Positions 12,834 to 25,644 of a DNA stretch of 47,090 nt are shown here, in pieces (the first letter of the stretch is position 1; each line of letters opens with the position of its first letter). The stretch comes from Octopus bimaculoides (taxonomy: Eukaryota), in the NCBI RefSeq assembly GCF_001194135.2, contig NC_068981.1, positions 29,367,006 through 29,414,095 on the forward strand. The letters are read 5' to 3'. The position numbers and the translations under genes were made by a program. Below the pieces are notes generated by a model that was not told the DNA's origin, made no database searches, and worked only from the letters and a program-made list of their open reading frames with translations.

Positions 12834-14111
12834 TACATATGCATAAGCACACACACATATATACCGGTGTGTATAGAATATGTAATGTGTATACAGACTA
12901 TAATAATTTCTCACAAAGAAACTTTTCAAAACCAATTGTGTCTTAAAAGCAGAAGGTTTTGCTCAAAATGCCACTGGATTAAAATAATTTGGTCTCCTCA
13001 GTGGCGAACTCTCCGGACATTCTAAGACANNNNNNNNNNNNNNNNNNNNNNNNNNNNNNNNNNNNNNNNNNNNNNNNNNNNNNNNNNNNNNNNNNNNNNN
13101 NNNNNNNNNNNNNNNNNNNNNNNNNNNNNNNNNNNNNNNNNNNNNNNNNNNNNNNNNNNNNNNNNNNNNNNNNNNNNNNNNNNNNNNNNNNNNNNNNNNN
13201 NNNNNNNNNNNNNNNNNNNNNNNNNNNNNNNNNNNNNNNNNNNNNNNNNNNNNNNNNNNNNNNNNNNNNNNNNNNNNNNNNNNNNNNNNNNNNNNNNNNN
13301 NNNNNNNNNNNNNNNNNNNNNNNNNNNNNNNNNNNNNNNNNNNNNNNNNNNNNNNNNNNNNNNNNNNNNNNNNNNNNNNNNNNNNNNNNNNNNNNNNNNN
13401 NNNNNNNNNNNNNNNNNNNNNNNNNNNNNNNNNNNNNNNNNNNNNNNNNNNNNNNNNNNNNNNNNNNNNNNNNNNNNNNNNNNNNNNNNNNNNNNNNNNN
13501 NNNNNNNNNNNNNNNNNNNNNNNNNNNNNNNNNNNNNNNNNNNNNNNNNNNNNNNNNNNNNNNNNNNNNNNNNNNNNNNNNNNNNNNNNNNNNNNNNNNN
13601 NNNNNNNNNNNNNNNNNNNNNNNNNNNNNNNNNNNNNNNNNNNNNNNNNNNNNNNNNNNNNNNNNNNNNNNNNNNNNNNNNNNNNNNNNNNNNTTGTAGT
13701 TTAGAATTAGTAGTTCTTTGACTGCTGTTTCTGAATTTTCAGTATGTTGGAGAAGCAACTCAATTGCTAATCCCTTATATTTATGATGATAAATGTTCTT
13801 ACCGATAAAGGTTTATTTCATACTGAACTACTTGGCAAAATTGTTAATTGTTAATTCTATTATTAATTGACGATTCCCTGCCCTCATTTCTTGTATATAT
13901 ATATATATATATATTTACATATGCATAAGCACACACACATATATACCGGTGTGTATAGAATATGTAATGTGTATACAGACTATAATAATTTCTCACAAAG
14001 AAACTTTTCAAAACCAATTGTGTCTTAAAAGCAGAAGGTTTTGCTCAAAATGCCACTGGATTAAAATAATTTGGTCTCCTCAGTGGCGAACTCTCCGGAC
14101 ATTCTAAGACA
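12832..14111 (+). repeat. 198 bp direct duplication (12832-13029 and 13914-14111) across an assembly gap
   Basis: Both copies run tttacatatgcataagcac…ctctccggacattctaagaca and look identical. Each follows a (TA)n run, and the first ends exactly at the gap. Confidence 0.9.
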
Positions 14112-14737
14112 ATCCAACAAATGCTTGTTCCCTCATGTACATTGGTAAATGAAACATTCACTGATAAGTACGAAATGAAAGTTAACTGCGAGCTTCGTTA
14201 CAGAACCGCTCCATTTCTAACTGAATAACATTCATATTGTTAAACACTTCTTGTATTGTTAATGCTCTCCAGAAATAAAGTGAACTCCATAACACGTATT
14301 ATTTCTCCTTACAGTCATTTTCTCGTGTTCAAGTGATAAATCGTTATAGGTTTTGCTAATTTTTCAACAATAGATTCCTTTTATTTTGACTTAATGATTA
14401 AGAGAACTTGTAGCGATGAAGGAAGATGTGTCATATTGTTTGCAAGTCATTGTATTGAAATACTCTCTGAACAATTTCAAAGATATAATTGCTAACTTTC
14501 TGATTCTTAAGGTAGGCGTTTAAATTGATGAAGTCAAAACAATTGGTGTTCATTGTTATCACGAAAGATTTTATAACAAAAGATGTATGCGTGTGTGTGT
14601 CTGTGTGTGCGTATGTGTCTGTGTGGATGTACAAAAACACGCACACACACAAATACACACATTTATACATGTACCTATGAATGCAGGTATGTATATATGG
14701 GGGTCGGGTTGTGTGTGTGCATGCACACACATATTCA

Positions 14738-14792
<55 letters not shown>

Positions 14793-14865
14793 GAGGAAGC
14801 CAGAGGCAAAGGATGAAGGAGAGAGAGAGTGTGTGTGTGTGTATGTCTGTGTGTGTGTGTGTGTA

Positions 14866-14913
<48 letters not shown>

Positions 14914-16095
14914 ATGAGTAAATGGGAAAAGGTTAAAATTGGATAAATTACTGTTATCTCTATGATCAAGAGATACATATATCTACATATATTTGTGTAT
15001 ATTGTGCACTTGTGTATGTGTGTGTAGAGGTATATGTATTAGTGCCCCTATTTAAATGTGTGTATATTTATAATGTATACCTGTGTGCGCACGCGCTTGT
15101 GTGTGTATGTGAGTCAGAATAATTCCATGAGATCTTGGCTTCAATATTAAATTAGCAATATTGCCGTAAGCTTACGCCAAATATCACGTTAACAAATTAC
15201 GTGATACGCCCGAGATTTCTGTCTCTGCCGTTTTAAGGCAATAAAAGTACGCTGTTTGGTGCTTCTCTTAAATCCCATATGCTCTTCAAGTGATTTAAAA
15301 ATTCATAGATTAGCAAACAGCCGGTAATTACAAACACAGTGATATAAACATCGATTTCTAAATGCTCAGCTTTCAGCAAAGAAACTAAATGAATGAAACG
15401 AACTATTTAAACAGACCCTTAGAAAATCTCCAAGGCTTTTTCAAATTGTAAATCAAACTGATGCATAAATTGTAGAGCATTGCAACGTTTATAAAAGCGA
15501 CTAGGCCTTTATTCGTTCAGATATATACGCGTAATCAGATAGCGTGTGTACATCGAAATACGTACACCCACCACACACACACACACAGACATATAGATGC
15601 ACAAACTTACGCATATATTTCTATTTTTCTATTCCAAATTCCAAATATATAATGTTTAATACTGCTTCTGCACACACGCGGAGGCACGGACGCACATACA
15701 CATGCTAACGCATGCATACGTACACAGATCTAAAGGAATATAAATACATATAAAGAAAAAAAAATCACGTATTGATGTTTCTTCTTACATCAATATATAT
15801 ATAGAAATAAATTAACACTAAACTGAAGGATTTCTCATTACTACTTAGAGTACATTTTTATTAAATTTTGCAAGGAAAAAGTTGACTGAGTAAGGGAGAG
15901 AGATATGTGTAGAAATTGGTCTGAGTATGTAGGGATGTATGTGCATTTGTATGTACTCAAACGTGCATAATATATGCATGCTCATTTATTCAGACACAGA
16001 AAGAAAGAAGAAAAAGAAAGAAAAATAAAGAAAGAAAAAAAGAAAGAAAGAAGGAAAGAGGGGAAGAAAGAAAGAAATAGCGAAAGAAATAGCGA

Positions 16096-16127
<32 letters not shown>

Positions 16128-16201
16128 AATCAAAACACACAATGAGATAAGTTCCCAATCAATTTTTCTTTTACGCTCAAAGGATTCGAAAAGGTTATTA
16201 A

Positions 16202-16229
16202 GACGTTTCGGGCGTTTTTTCTTCTTCGG
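16202..16229 (-). other. Degenerate hammerhead-like motif (Penelope-type relic)
   Basis: Minus strand reads CCGAAGAA-gaaaaaacgccc-GAAACGTC. Helices I and II no longer pair. A downstream cctttgagcgt resembles the cccgagcgt after the 31.8 kb motif. Confidence 0.3.
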
Positions 16230-16499
16230 AAATGAATGTACAATGGTAAAAACGATAAAAATATAAGGGGAAATATTGGATTAAATAGGAATGTGATTCT
16301 TCTGCGTATGAGAGTAATCCACCAACACAACACCAGCACCAACACAAACACGTGTGCGTTAGAGATTGTGACTATGTTTGTGTGTATATCCCTGTTGCAC
16401 ATTTATCATGTACAAGTTACGAACAAAAATACTTCAAATACATTTAACTCTACTGATCTACATTCAGACAAAGTACACGAACGGACTAATTAACAAATA

Positions 16500-17403
16500 T
16501 ACGCTGGGGTACCCAATGAAACAGGAAATTTGCAATATTATTTTATTCACTAGTTTTCACATCTTTACACTTTTATCGCCATCAGAGTATTCTCCGTTTG
16601 AAGCAATGCATCGGTCCAGACGCGTTTTCCACCGTTGAAAGCAGTGCTGGAACTTTTGCGAAGTGATACCTGTTAACGCCTCCGTCGTTTTTTTCTTCAC
16701 CTCTTCCACGTCTGCAAATTCCGTAGCACCAGCTTTCGTCACCAGTGATGACCTTCGAAAAACAAGGTCCGGATCAAATTCCAACTGTTCTTCCAGTTCA
16801 CGAGACGCATTCAGTCATGACTGCTTTTGATCATCCGTGAGCAAGTGAGGCACAAACTTTCTTGTAACTCCTTTCATTTGCAATTCCTCGCTCAACATTC
16901 GTTGGCAAGAATTCCAGGATACACCAATCATATCAATAAGTTCGTCAATTGTTCGGTGACGGTCTTCCGAGAACATTTCATGAATTTCATGTTTTCATTC
17001 GTTCGGAAGGTGGACGGTCGTCCTGAACGAGGTTGGTCTTCAAGTGACAAGTGACCATTCCTAAAGCGAGGAAACCACTGGTAGACTAGTGTTTTGCTCA
17101 TGGCAGAGTCCTTGTAAGCTGTGTGAAGCATGACAACTGTTTCGGTCGCCGTTTTCCCCAGCAGAAAACAGAATTTCAAGGAAGCACGGTGTTGCTTCGT
17201 TTCAGTCATCACAAAAATCAATAAACAAGGGAGAAGCACTGCAAAAGAAAGACGCACCACGTAACAATACGATTCAACCTGTTGACGTCGGTCGGCAGGC
17301 TGATGCCTGAGGGTCGCATTAAGTGTCTTCTAGTGGCGAAAGCCTGAACTGCAATGGGTTTGTCCCACGGAGGAGGTTTCTGGTTACTTTTGGGTACCTC
17401 GTA
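16500..17403 (-). mobile_element. Mariner transposon, internally deleted (~900 bp), imperfect TIRs, TA target duplication
   Basis: Peptides SLKFCFLLGKTATETVVMLHTAYKDSAMSKTLVYQWFPRFRNGHLSLEDQPRSGRP, KFVPHLLTDDQK, VITGDESWCYG and FADVEEVKKKTTEAL…CFQRWKTRLDRCIASNGEY. Ends are TAcgctggggtacccaa and ttgggtacctcgTA. Confidence 0.95.
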
Positions 17404-19492
17404 TATCTAACTTACGCTAACATTTTTCATAAGAAGCGATATTGTGTTTTTCATACAATATCATTCACGTTCTTATTGAAATTAGCAATTGGAATAACTC
17501 GCTTTTTACCGAAAGCTTTATGCTACATACGAAACATGGATAAAATACAAGATGTAACTCTACTTTACTATTCTATAGACATTATAACCGATTCATGAGA
17601 AGACACTACTGGACAGCAGCATTCATTAGAGGCCAAAACATGACAGAAAGTAAATTGTTTTTGTGCGTCAATGGAATATGGACTATTAAGCCGAATGCCG
17701 AATAATTGTAATACTAACTGACGTGACAATTATCACATTTTTCTCTACAAAAACGAGTAACAAAACACGCGGGAGAGTGTCATTATATACACCATGGAAA
17801 AAAATTGTAAAATCATAGTCATTCTGTTTTCTGAAGAATTTCATTCTTTGGTCAGTTTTGATTTGCTTTTCGATGTATATGCAACGTAGATGAGACAATG
17901 GTCCAATGGCGATACGAACTTTGTTCGATATTCTGAGTGAAAGAAATCGATGACTTGTGAGACAGAGGTTGCAGGTGTTAAGAATGGAGAAGTATCCTCA
18001 AGGAATTTGAATCGTTTTAAGATATGATGTTTGTGATAATGTTAGTACTGATGAGGCCTATAAATGCTTCTGAAATCTTAAATGAGTTCTTGAGGATAAC
18101 TGATCTTGGTTTGAGTAGGTAGTTGTATATTACGGCACGTAAATGATGGAATGCGCACGCATACTCGCACATGCAAGAACATTGTAATCCATCTCCGATG
18201 ATACGTTTCGAAGGTGTCAAGAGATAAATTTCCAAAAGAAATTTAAGCGATCAATCACAAAAGACTAATTTTGGGAACTGAAGAGGAAGAAGTAGTATGT
18301 AATAGCTATTTGATATAGAGACTGTAGATAAGTTGAACAGATAGAATTCTGTGAATTCTATGACAGATTTTACCGAAGTAATCAGAAATCTTTCTTACAG
18401 ACCTATAATTCTTTTAGCTCCCCAAGTAAATGAGAAATTGGAACAGATAAAAGGCTGTCATTGTAGCTCAGAAGAGGTTATTCCACTCAACATCAGTGAA
18501 CTTAAGTTCAATAGCCATTTACCGAATTGCAGGATAGTGAAATGTAATTTCTATCCCCAAATATAAATGAGAAATTTGAACAGTTAAATTCAACTACTTT
18601 GAACGAATAACAAGAAATTTAGATTTCAATTTGCAAAATTAGTAGAAAACGTATTTCTTACAGCCATTCATCCACTTTACATTGCATTTTTTCCCCAACA
18701 CCTATATTGCTATCAATACGTTGTTGCCTCTTACAGTATAAAGAGGGTATTTTTACATATAATTACACTACCAACCTAGTTTGAAATGACTATTTTTCGT
18801 AACTCTATATTGAATTATACACTTTCATCTACTTCTTGTGCGATGTTGTTTAAGATTTCGATGGCTCTGTTAATTATTTTCCATTGACTGGGATCAAACG
18901 AACTTTATTTCTAACAACCTTAACCTCCTTGCCACCATTCGAAACGCAATTAAAAATAAAACAGTAGTATTAAAACTGAATCGATGTGAAAATTACACGC
19001 ATATATTTCAATGTGGCGCTTACAGTTTGTGGGTCACTGCAACTGTCTTAGACCGCTGAGCCACAGTGGTCAAACTTCCAAGTGTAGAGAGTAGAAACGA
19101 GCTACACGAACTGACTTTCATTTTAAAACTACTAAGTGCAAGCAGGAAGAGAAACCTTGTAACGATGCAGGAGAAGCTGGACAGCACAGGCAGATGCAGC
19201 CTTAATTCCGCATGTAGGGACTTCAGCAGAGCACTCTGTGCGCCAGAGTCAACGCCAAAGTCGTTCAAGGATTGATTTACATAGCCACCTGAGAGCTTGC
19301 TTCTCCTCCTCAAGATCTCCGGACACGAAGAATCGCCATCATATATGTGCATGTGTGTGCTTGTGTGACTATTTGTGTGCTTGTGAGTGTGTATATAGAT
19401 ATAGAGAAGAATATTTTTAAGTATTTGATAAATTTATGCATACGTTTCTTTATACAAACGCACTTTTATATATGAATATTTACACACACAAG

Positions 19493-19698
19493 GGCGGAGC
19501 GCTAGCAGAACTAGCATACCGGAAAATGCTTAGCGGTATTACATCCATTTTATGGTCTGAGTCTAAATTTCACCGAGGCCAGCTTTGCTTTTCATCCTTT
19601 CTGGACCGATAAAATAAGTACCAGTTGATTAGTGGGTTGTTGTAATTCAGTCTCTACCCAGAAATTACTGGCTTTGCGGCAAATTTTGAAAGAGATAT
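19493..19698 (+). mobile_element. tRNA-derived SINE, family B (Meta-domain-like centre)
   Basis: ggcggagcgctagcagaa…aaatgcttagcggtatt…gcttttcatcctttctggaccgataaaataagtaccagtt; homologous to 30101-30431. Confidence 0.85.
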
Positions 19699-19736
19699 TT
19701 ACACACATACTCACATGCATATATATNNNNNNNNNN

Positions 19737-19771
<35 letters not shown>

Positions 19772-19828
19772 ATGCGTGCGTGTATGAGTGAGCATGGGTG
19801 TGTTATCCTTGGATGTCTTACGAAAATA

Positions 19829-20036
19829 ATGGTTTCAAATTTTGGCACAAGGCCAGCAAGATTCGAAAAGTGGCTAAGTCGATGCCTTCGACTCCAGTAC
19901 TCAACTGGTACTTATTTTACCGACCCCGAAAGGATGTCAGGCAAAGTCGGCCTCAGCGGAATTTGAACTCAGTACATAAAGACAGACGAAATACTGCTAA
20001 GCATTTCGCACGGCGTGCTAACGTTTCTGCCAGCTT
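19829..20036 (-). mobile_element. tRNA-derived SINE, family B
   Basis: Reverse complement gives gctggcagaaacgttagcacgccgtgcgaaatgcttagc…gactttgcctgacatcctttcggggtcggtaaaataagtaccagtt. Confidence 0.9.
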
Positions 20037-20399
20037 ATGGCTTACTGAAATTATGAATACACTTCTTTCTGTCTAAGTATGTCTCTTGTTTTTGTTTCTT
20101 TGTGTTTGGGTGTTATGTTCGATGCATCGCTGATTATGCGGATGTTTGTATTCTGATTGTCTTTGCACTTATGTTTAAGCATTTCTCATCCTACTCCTTT
20201 TACATAGGATTTTTTTTTAAGGAATTTTGTCTAAGTATCTTCAACTGAAACTTATTCTGGAAGTCTGTGGTGAATTTTTCTTCCTTTCCAAAAGTACTTT
20301 TTGTCTGATACCCTTAAAAGATTTCTATTTTAAAAATCTAGTTATTTTATTTATTTTTTTTTTTTGTTTTTTTTTACTGAATACGATTATCTACCCTTA

Positions 20400-20950
20400 A
20401 TTTAATTATTTTGCGTTCCGGTTCTTACTTGAAACACCTGTTTCCAGAAACATAAGACAGTACAATTTTTTTGTAGCCACCCTAAGAGTAACTCGAAACT
20501 TCTGAACTCTTAATACATTTTTAATAGATTTTCTCATTCTTTTATAGAATATACATTCCTGATGACATTCAAGTTTTCTTCTTTCCTCCCAGTGCTTAAC
20601 AAAAAAGTCTCGGAAATATTTCCTTTCTGAACATTCTTTTTTGGCTTTTTTTATCATTGAAGAAATTTTTTTTTTTAACTTTTTGGCATATTTTGGAGAC
20701 ATCTGTCCTTTCAAAATAGAATTCTCCTACATATATCTCTGTAGCTCACATCCTTATTCGGCATCCATCTTTCATTTGTCCATCCCTTAACGCCCGAATT
20801 CATACTAAACTGTTTACTGTTTTACCTTAAAAATGGATTTCAATGACACAGTAGTTTTAATCTAATCTACTTCCGAAACTTAACTTCTTAATCACGCTTT
20901 CGATCCCTGCATGCACTTTTTTTAATCTTAACTTCTTTCCTTTCTAATAC
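20400..20950 (-). mobile_element. Possible ancient LINE ORF2 relic (endonuclease-RT linker)
   Basis: The Lys-rich minus-strand peptide SSMIKKAKKECSERKYFRDFFVKHWE resembles the IRKAK..Y..K….W linker of CR1/L2-type ORF2. No catalytic motif was seen. Confidence 0.35.
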
Positions 20951-21639
20951 CTCATTCTTTCATGTTCAAGGCAGATTTTCAATCATTAGGTCATAATTGT
21001 GTGTGCGCGCGTGTGTGTGTGTTTCTTTGTTCATGTGCGTTTGTGATGTAATATTGAGTATGCCTGCACAGTACTTATGATCTAATTTCAATCCATGAAT
21101 GCAAAACTGTTGTTTGAGACCTACAGTATACCGCCTAACTTAGCTTGCCAGGAAAGAATATTTGTTGGAAGACGATGTAAACTGGATCCACACATGGAAG
21201 ACGCTGCAGAGTCACACTCACCTAACAAACTGATGAGCTTCTTTGATATCATTTTGTGCTTGATCTTCATCCAGTACTCAGCAATAGGTTTGTAATAATC
21301 ACCCCTAACATTATTTGAAATACAGGGCATACTTTGTCAAGTGAAATCGTCCAAAATGTACTTTCACTTATGCACAAACCAGTTAAAAGCAACATCTGAT
21401 CATTTAAAATATTATACAGTTGACAAGAGTTTTTATCAGCCAGAACTACTATCTCCAATACGAACTGCAGCTGCAGCTCTCATTCAAGTGGTTCCTTAGG
21501 CAACCAGCTAATAGCTGCAATATTATGTCCACCAAAATTAATTATTCTAGGCTCCATATAAAAATACTTATACAATGTTTAAGAGATTAGTGACATTTGA
21601 TTCTCATGGATTAATTTTTTCGTTCTTTTGTGATTCTGA

Positions 21640-21965
21640 TGGCTCAGTGGTTAAAGCATCGGGCTCACAATCATGAGATAGTAAGTTCGATTGCTGGAAC
21701 GGGCTGCGAGTCGTATTCTTGAGCAAGACATTTTTTTTTTCACGTTGCTCCAGTTCACTTTCTGCAGAAATGAGTTTCGACGTCACTGGTGCCAAGCTGT
21801 ATCGCTGTTTGCCTTTCCCTTCGATAACATCGGTGGCGTGGAGAGAGGAGGCTGGTATGCATGAGAAACTGCTAGTTTTCCATAAACAACATTGTCCGAA
21901 CTTGTGCCTTGCATAGGGAAATATATCTCGATGCAATCTCATGGTCATTTGTGATAGAAGGAGCA
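21640..21965 (+). mobile_element. tRNA-derived SINE, family D (V-domain-like)
   Basis: A box tggctcagtggtta and B-box-like agttcgattgc, then ttcttgagcaagaca…tttcacgttgctccagttcac. Confidence 0.8.
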
Positions 21966-22529
21966 GGGGAATTCTTTATCCTTCACACTGGTGAAACTGG
22001 CAAAATTTTTTATAAATGAAATTTTGCTGAAAAGTTTATGCACACTGCTTTTTGCAGTGATTTCATGTGGAATTGTTCTCAGGTGGTAGGACTGATCCTT
22101 CTGCTCTTAAGCATTACTCAACCTTGGATACGTTGATAGTCCTGAAACAATACTAGCAAGAAAAAAAGAAGAACTGGAGAACCACTGGTACAGATACAAT
22201 GCAAACTAAAATATATGAGTGCACAATATCTCAGAAAATTGAATTTCATAATCTCGATCTTACCTTACAAAATATTAGGGGTAACACTAGGAAACACGAG
22301 TATAGTTAGAATCTCAATTCTTGGGGATTTCAAGAAACCACTGTCAGTCGTCGCAAAAAGTTACACATATTGATGCTGAGATCATGCCTAAATAAACTAT
22401 GTGTGAAAGTAAAAGAAAAAAATTAACCGTTCTATGAACCTGTCAGTTATACTTAACGAACTTGTCCCAGAAGCAAAGTTTGAAAAATTATAGTCCAACT
22501 GGGGGTAACTGACAACTGCTTACTGACAT

Positions 22530-22712
22530 TGGCTTCAAATTCTGGAACATGACCAGCAAGTTTGGCGTACGGGGTAAGTCGATTACAGGGACACCACTGC
22601 TCGTCTGGTACTTATTTTATCGACCGAGAAAGAATGAAAGGCAAATTAGACCTCGTGGGTATTTGAATTCGGAGCGTAAAGTAAGACGAAATACCGATAA
22701 GCATCGTCATCA
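22530..22712 (-). mobile_element. SINE family B, diverged, 5'-truncated
   Basis: ctggtacttattttatcgaccgagaaagaatgaaaggcaaa matches the core of 19829-20036. Confidence 0.85.
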
Positions 22713-22829
22713 GTACCGCCACTTGATAGTGAGAATGGAAATGTATATAAAAATTGTGCCACCATCTTCAAAACACCTCAAAAAAATTCTATTATCTTAT
22801 TATTTCACAAAATTAGAAAAAGCATGAAT

Positions 22830-23230
22830 GGCTTTCTGAATGTGCCATTCTGGTTCACAAATGTGTCCTTAGGCAGTATATTAATGCTACCGACATTTGA
22901 CAGTTACCATTCAAATCCCGATTGTACAAGATAATCTAGTTAACAATATCGACACTGCCAACTAACCTTCCTAGTTTCTTAGTTCTCTTCAGCCTTCCAA
23001 TCTGCCTTCTCACAATCTACAACTAAAAGTGTGAGCATTTATTATATTGCTATGAAATTTCTGTGCACCAAGACTCTGAAACTCCGTCAGACAAGCTGTC
23101 AACACACTTATGTTGCTTGTGAGCGAAACCACTATAGAACATAGCTGGTGTTTTCTTAAATTCTGGAATAAAAATTACCAATATTAACATTCTTCAAAAC
23201 TTCAAGCATCATACTTCTACAGGAATTTCA
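22830..23230 (-). mobile_element. Possible RTE-type LINE 3' relic
   Basis: Broken minus-strand peptides LEVLKNVNI, RKHQL and EGRLEG resemble the RTE ORF C-terminus (N.EVL…QLRW.GH…G.IEG.R.RGR). Many stops. Confidence 0.4.
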
Positions 23231-23270
23231 TCTTTACTCATGACTCTGTATTAAATTAAAACACACACAC

Positions 23271-23310
<40 letters not shown>

Positions 23311-23645
23311 NNNNNNNNNNNNNNNNNNNNNNNNNNNNNNNNNNNNNNNNNNNNNNNNNNNNNNNNNNNNNNNNNNNNNNNNNNNNNNNNNNNNNNNNNN
23401 NNNNNNNNNNNNNNNNNNNNNNNNNNNNNNNNNNNNNNNNNNNNNNNNNNNNNNNNNNNNNNNNNNNNNNNNNNNNNNNNNNNNNNNNNNNNNNNNNNNN
23501 NNNNNNNNNNNNNNNNNNNNNNNNNNNNNNNNNNNNNNNNNNNNNNNNNNNNNNNNNNNNNNNNNNNNNNNNNNNNNNNNNNNNNNNNNNNNNNNNNNNN
23601 NNNNNNNNNNNNNNNNNNNNNNNNNNNNNNNNNNNNNNNNNNNNN

Positions 23646-23685
<40 letters not shown>

Positions 23686-23759
23686 CAAGGAATATATATA
23701 CATGTATACACACATATATGTACATACTTACATCTACATGTGTATATATATGCATATCA

Positions 23760-23870
23760 GGGTACAGGACGTTAGAACAATAAACTACAGACAACGGAAC
23801 GAACACATAGGAAAACGGAAAGCCACTTGGAATATCCCTTCATCAGCTGTCTCTATTCTATCTAGACGTT
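23760..23870 (-). mobile_element. Fragment of the same repeat family as 44560-44935, truncated at AAACGTC
   Basis: cccttcatcagctgtctctattctatcta matches the reverse complement of 44760-44792. The gggtacaggacg end matches 44915-44930. Both sides are flanked by AT microsatellite. Confidence 0.7.
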
Positions 23871-24142
23871 TATATATATATGCAACTATTACGCAGCAAC
23901 TGCACTACATAGCTTACTTCATAGTTAACACATACAAGTTTCCGTGTGCATATACACACAAAAGTCATCTCTCCTTTCAGCTGTCACATCATGGATGTTC
24001 TGCTTGGTCAAGAAGGGAGGATAGAGTGGGTATACAGGTTCCTAAAATGATTGAGTAAAAACATTGTATATTCTGATAAATTGCTACTGTCGTATACACG
24101 CACATACATATACGGCCATATACACGCACATACATATATAGT

Positions 24143-24179
<37 letters not shown>

Positions 24180-25406
24180 NNNNNNNNNNNNNNNNNNNNN
24201 NNNNNNNNNNNNNNNNNNNNNNNNNNNNNNNNNNNNNNNNNNNNNNNNNNNNNNNNNNNNNNNNNNNNNNNNNNNNNNNNNNNNNNNNNNNNNNNNNNNN
24301 NNNNNNNNNNNNNNNNNNNNNNNNNNNNNNNNNNNNNNNNNNNNNNNNNNNNNNNNNNNNNNNNNNNNNNNNNNNNNNNNNNNNNNNNNNNNNNNNNNNN
24401 NNNNNNNNNNNNNNNNNNNNNNNNNNNNNNNNNNNNNNNNNNNNNNNNNNNNNNNNNNNNNNNNNNNNNNNNNNNNNNNNNNNNNNNNNNNNNNNNNNNN
24501 NNNNNNNNNNNNNNNNNNNNNNNNNNNNNNNNNNNNNNNNNNNNNNNNNNNNNNNNNNNNNNNNNNNNNNNNNNNNNNNNNNNNNNNNNNNNNNNNNNNN
24601 NNNNNNNNNNNNNNNNNNNNNNNNNNNNNNNNNNNNNNNNNNNNNNNNNNNNNNNNNNNNNNNNNNNNNNNNNNNNNNNNNNNNNNNNNNNNNNNNNNNN
24701 NNNNNNNNNNNNNNNNNNNNNNNNNNNNNNNNNNNNNNNNNNNNNNNNNNNNNNNNATATGCATATATATATATGCACGTACAAATATGCATATATCTAT
24801 ACTCACACTCCACCTATATACACACGCACGCTCACATACATCAAACACGAAGACATTGTAACATTTAGTCAGAGACAAATATTCCTATGTTCGTTGACTT
24901 GCTGTATAAAATATTGCACTGGTAGCAGTCTTATGGATAAGTAAAAAAGAAAAAAAATCAGAAGAAAAAAAAAGCAACAAAGAAATAAACAAAACAAGCA
25001 TATCATACAAACAAACAAATAACTATATACATATATACATATAAATAGACAAATAGATCGCGATACAAAGAATCTCCTTCGACGCCAGTCTGTATGGAGG
25101 TGTAGAAAATTGCTAGAGCGTTCGACCGTGAAGCACTGTAAAATGTAGTTTTATACAGATTCAAAGAACACTGATAGTGTTGCTGTGGTGGTGGTGCTGG
25201 TGTTGATAATGGTAGCGGGTAGATATGCAGTATTTTGTATAGTATGTGTCACCGTTTGCGTTGGAACGTCTACTCGCGAGATTCTAGATAAAACATTATT
25301 TAAAAGCCAACACGGGACCTTCTACTTATTCTCTGACCGTGGTACAAAATAGGAACCACGCACTTTTCAGTTCTTTCGCAGCTGTCTTTTGGAGGTACAC
25401 AATAAG

Positions 25407-25600
25407 CGCAGACATGGTAGTGTGGTTAAGTATCTCGCTTTGCAGCCGTGGGGTTCCGAGTTCAGTTCCACCATGTGGAAATTTGGCAGATATCTTCTAC
25501 TATAGACCCTGGCAGACTAATGTTCTATAAGTGCATTTCATGGACAGTAACTTTGTGGAAGCCTGTCGCACGCGCGCAGTGTATGTATATGTATGTGCGT
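25407..25600 (+). mobile_element. SINE family A, diverged 5' half
   Basis: ggtagtgtggttaagtatctcgc…ggttccgagttcagttcc…atcttctactatagaccc…tggaagcctgtcg. Confidence 0.75.
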
Positions 25601-25644
25601 GTGTTTGTATCTGTGTTTAATTCCCGTTTTTACTTTAAATTCTG

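Noticed and set aside
18045-18080. CTGATGAGG…GAAA
   Set aside because: The intervening sequence does not form helix II and there are no flanking helices.
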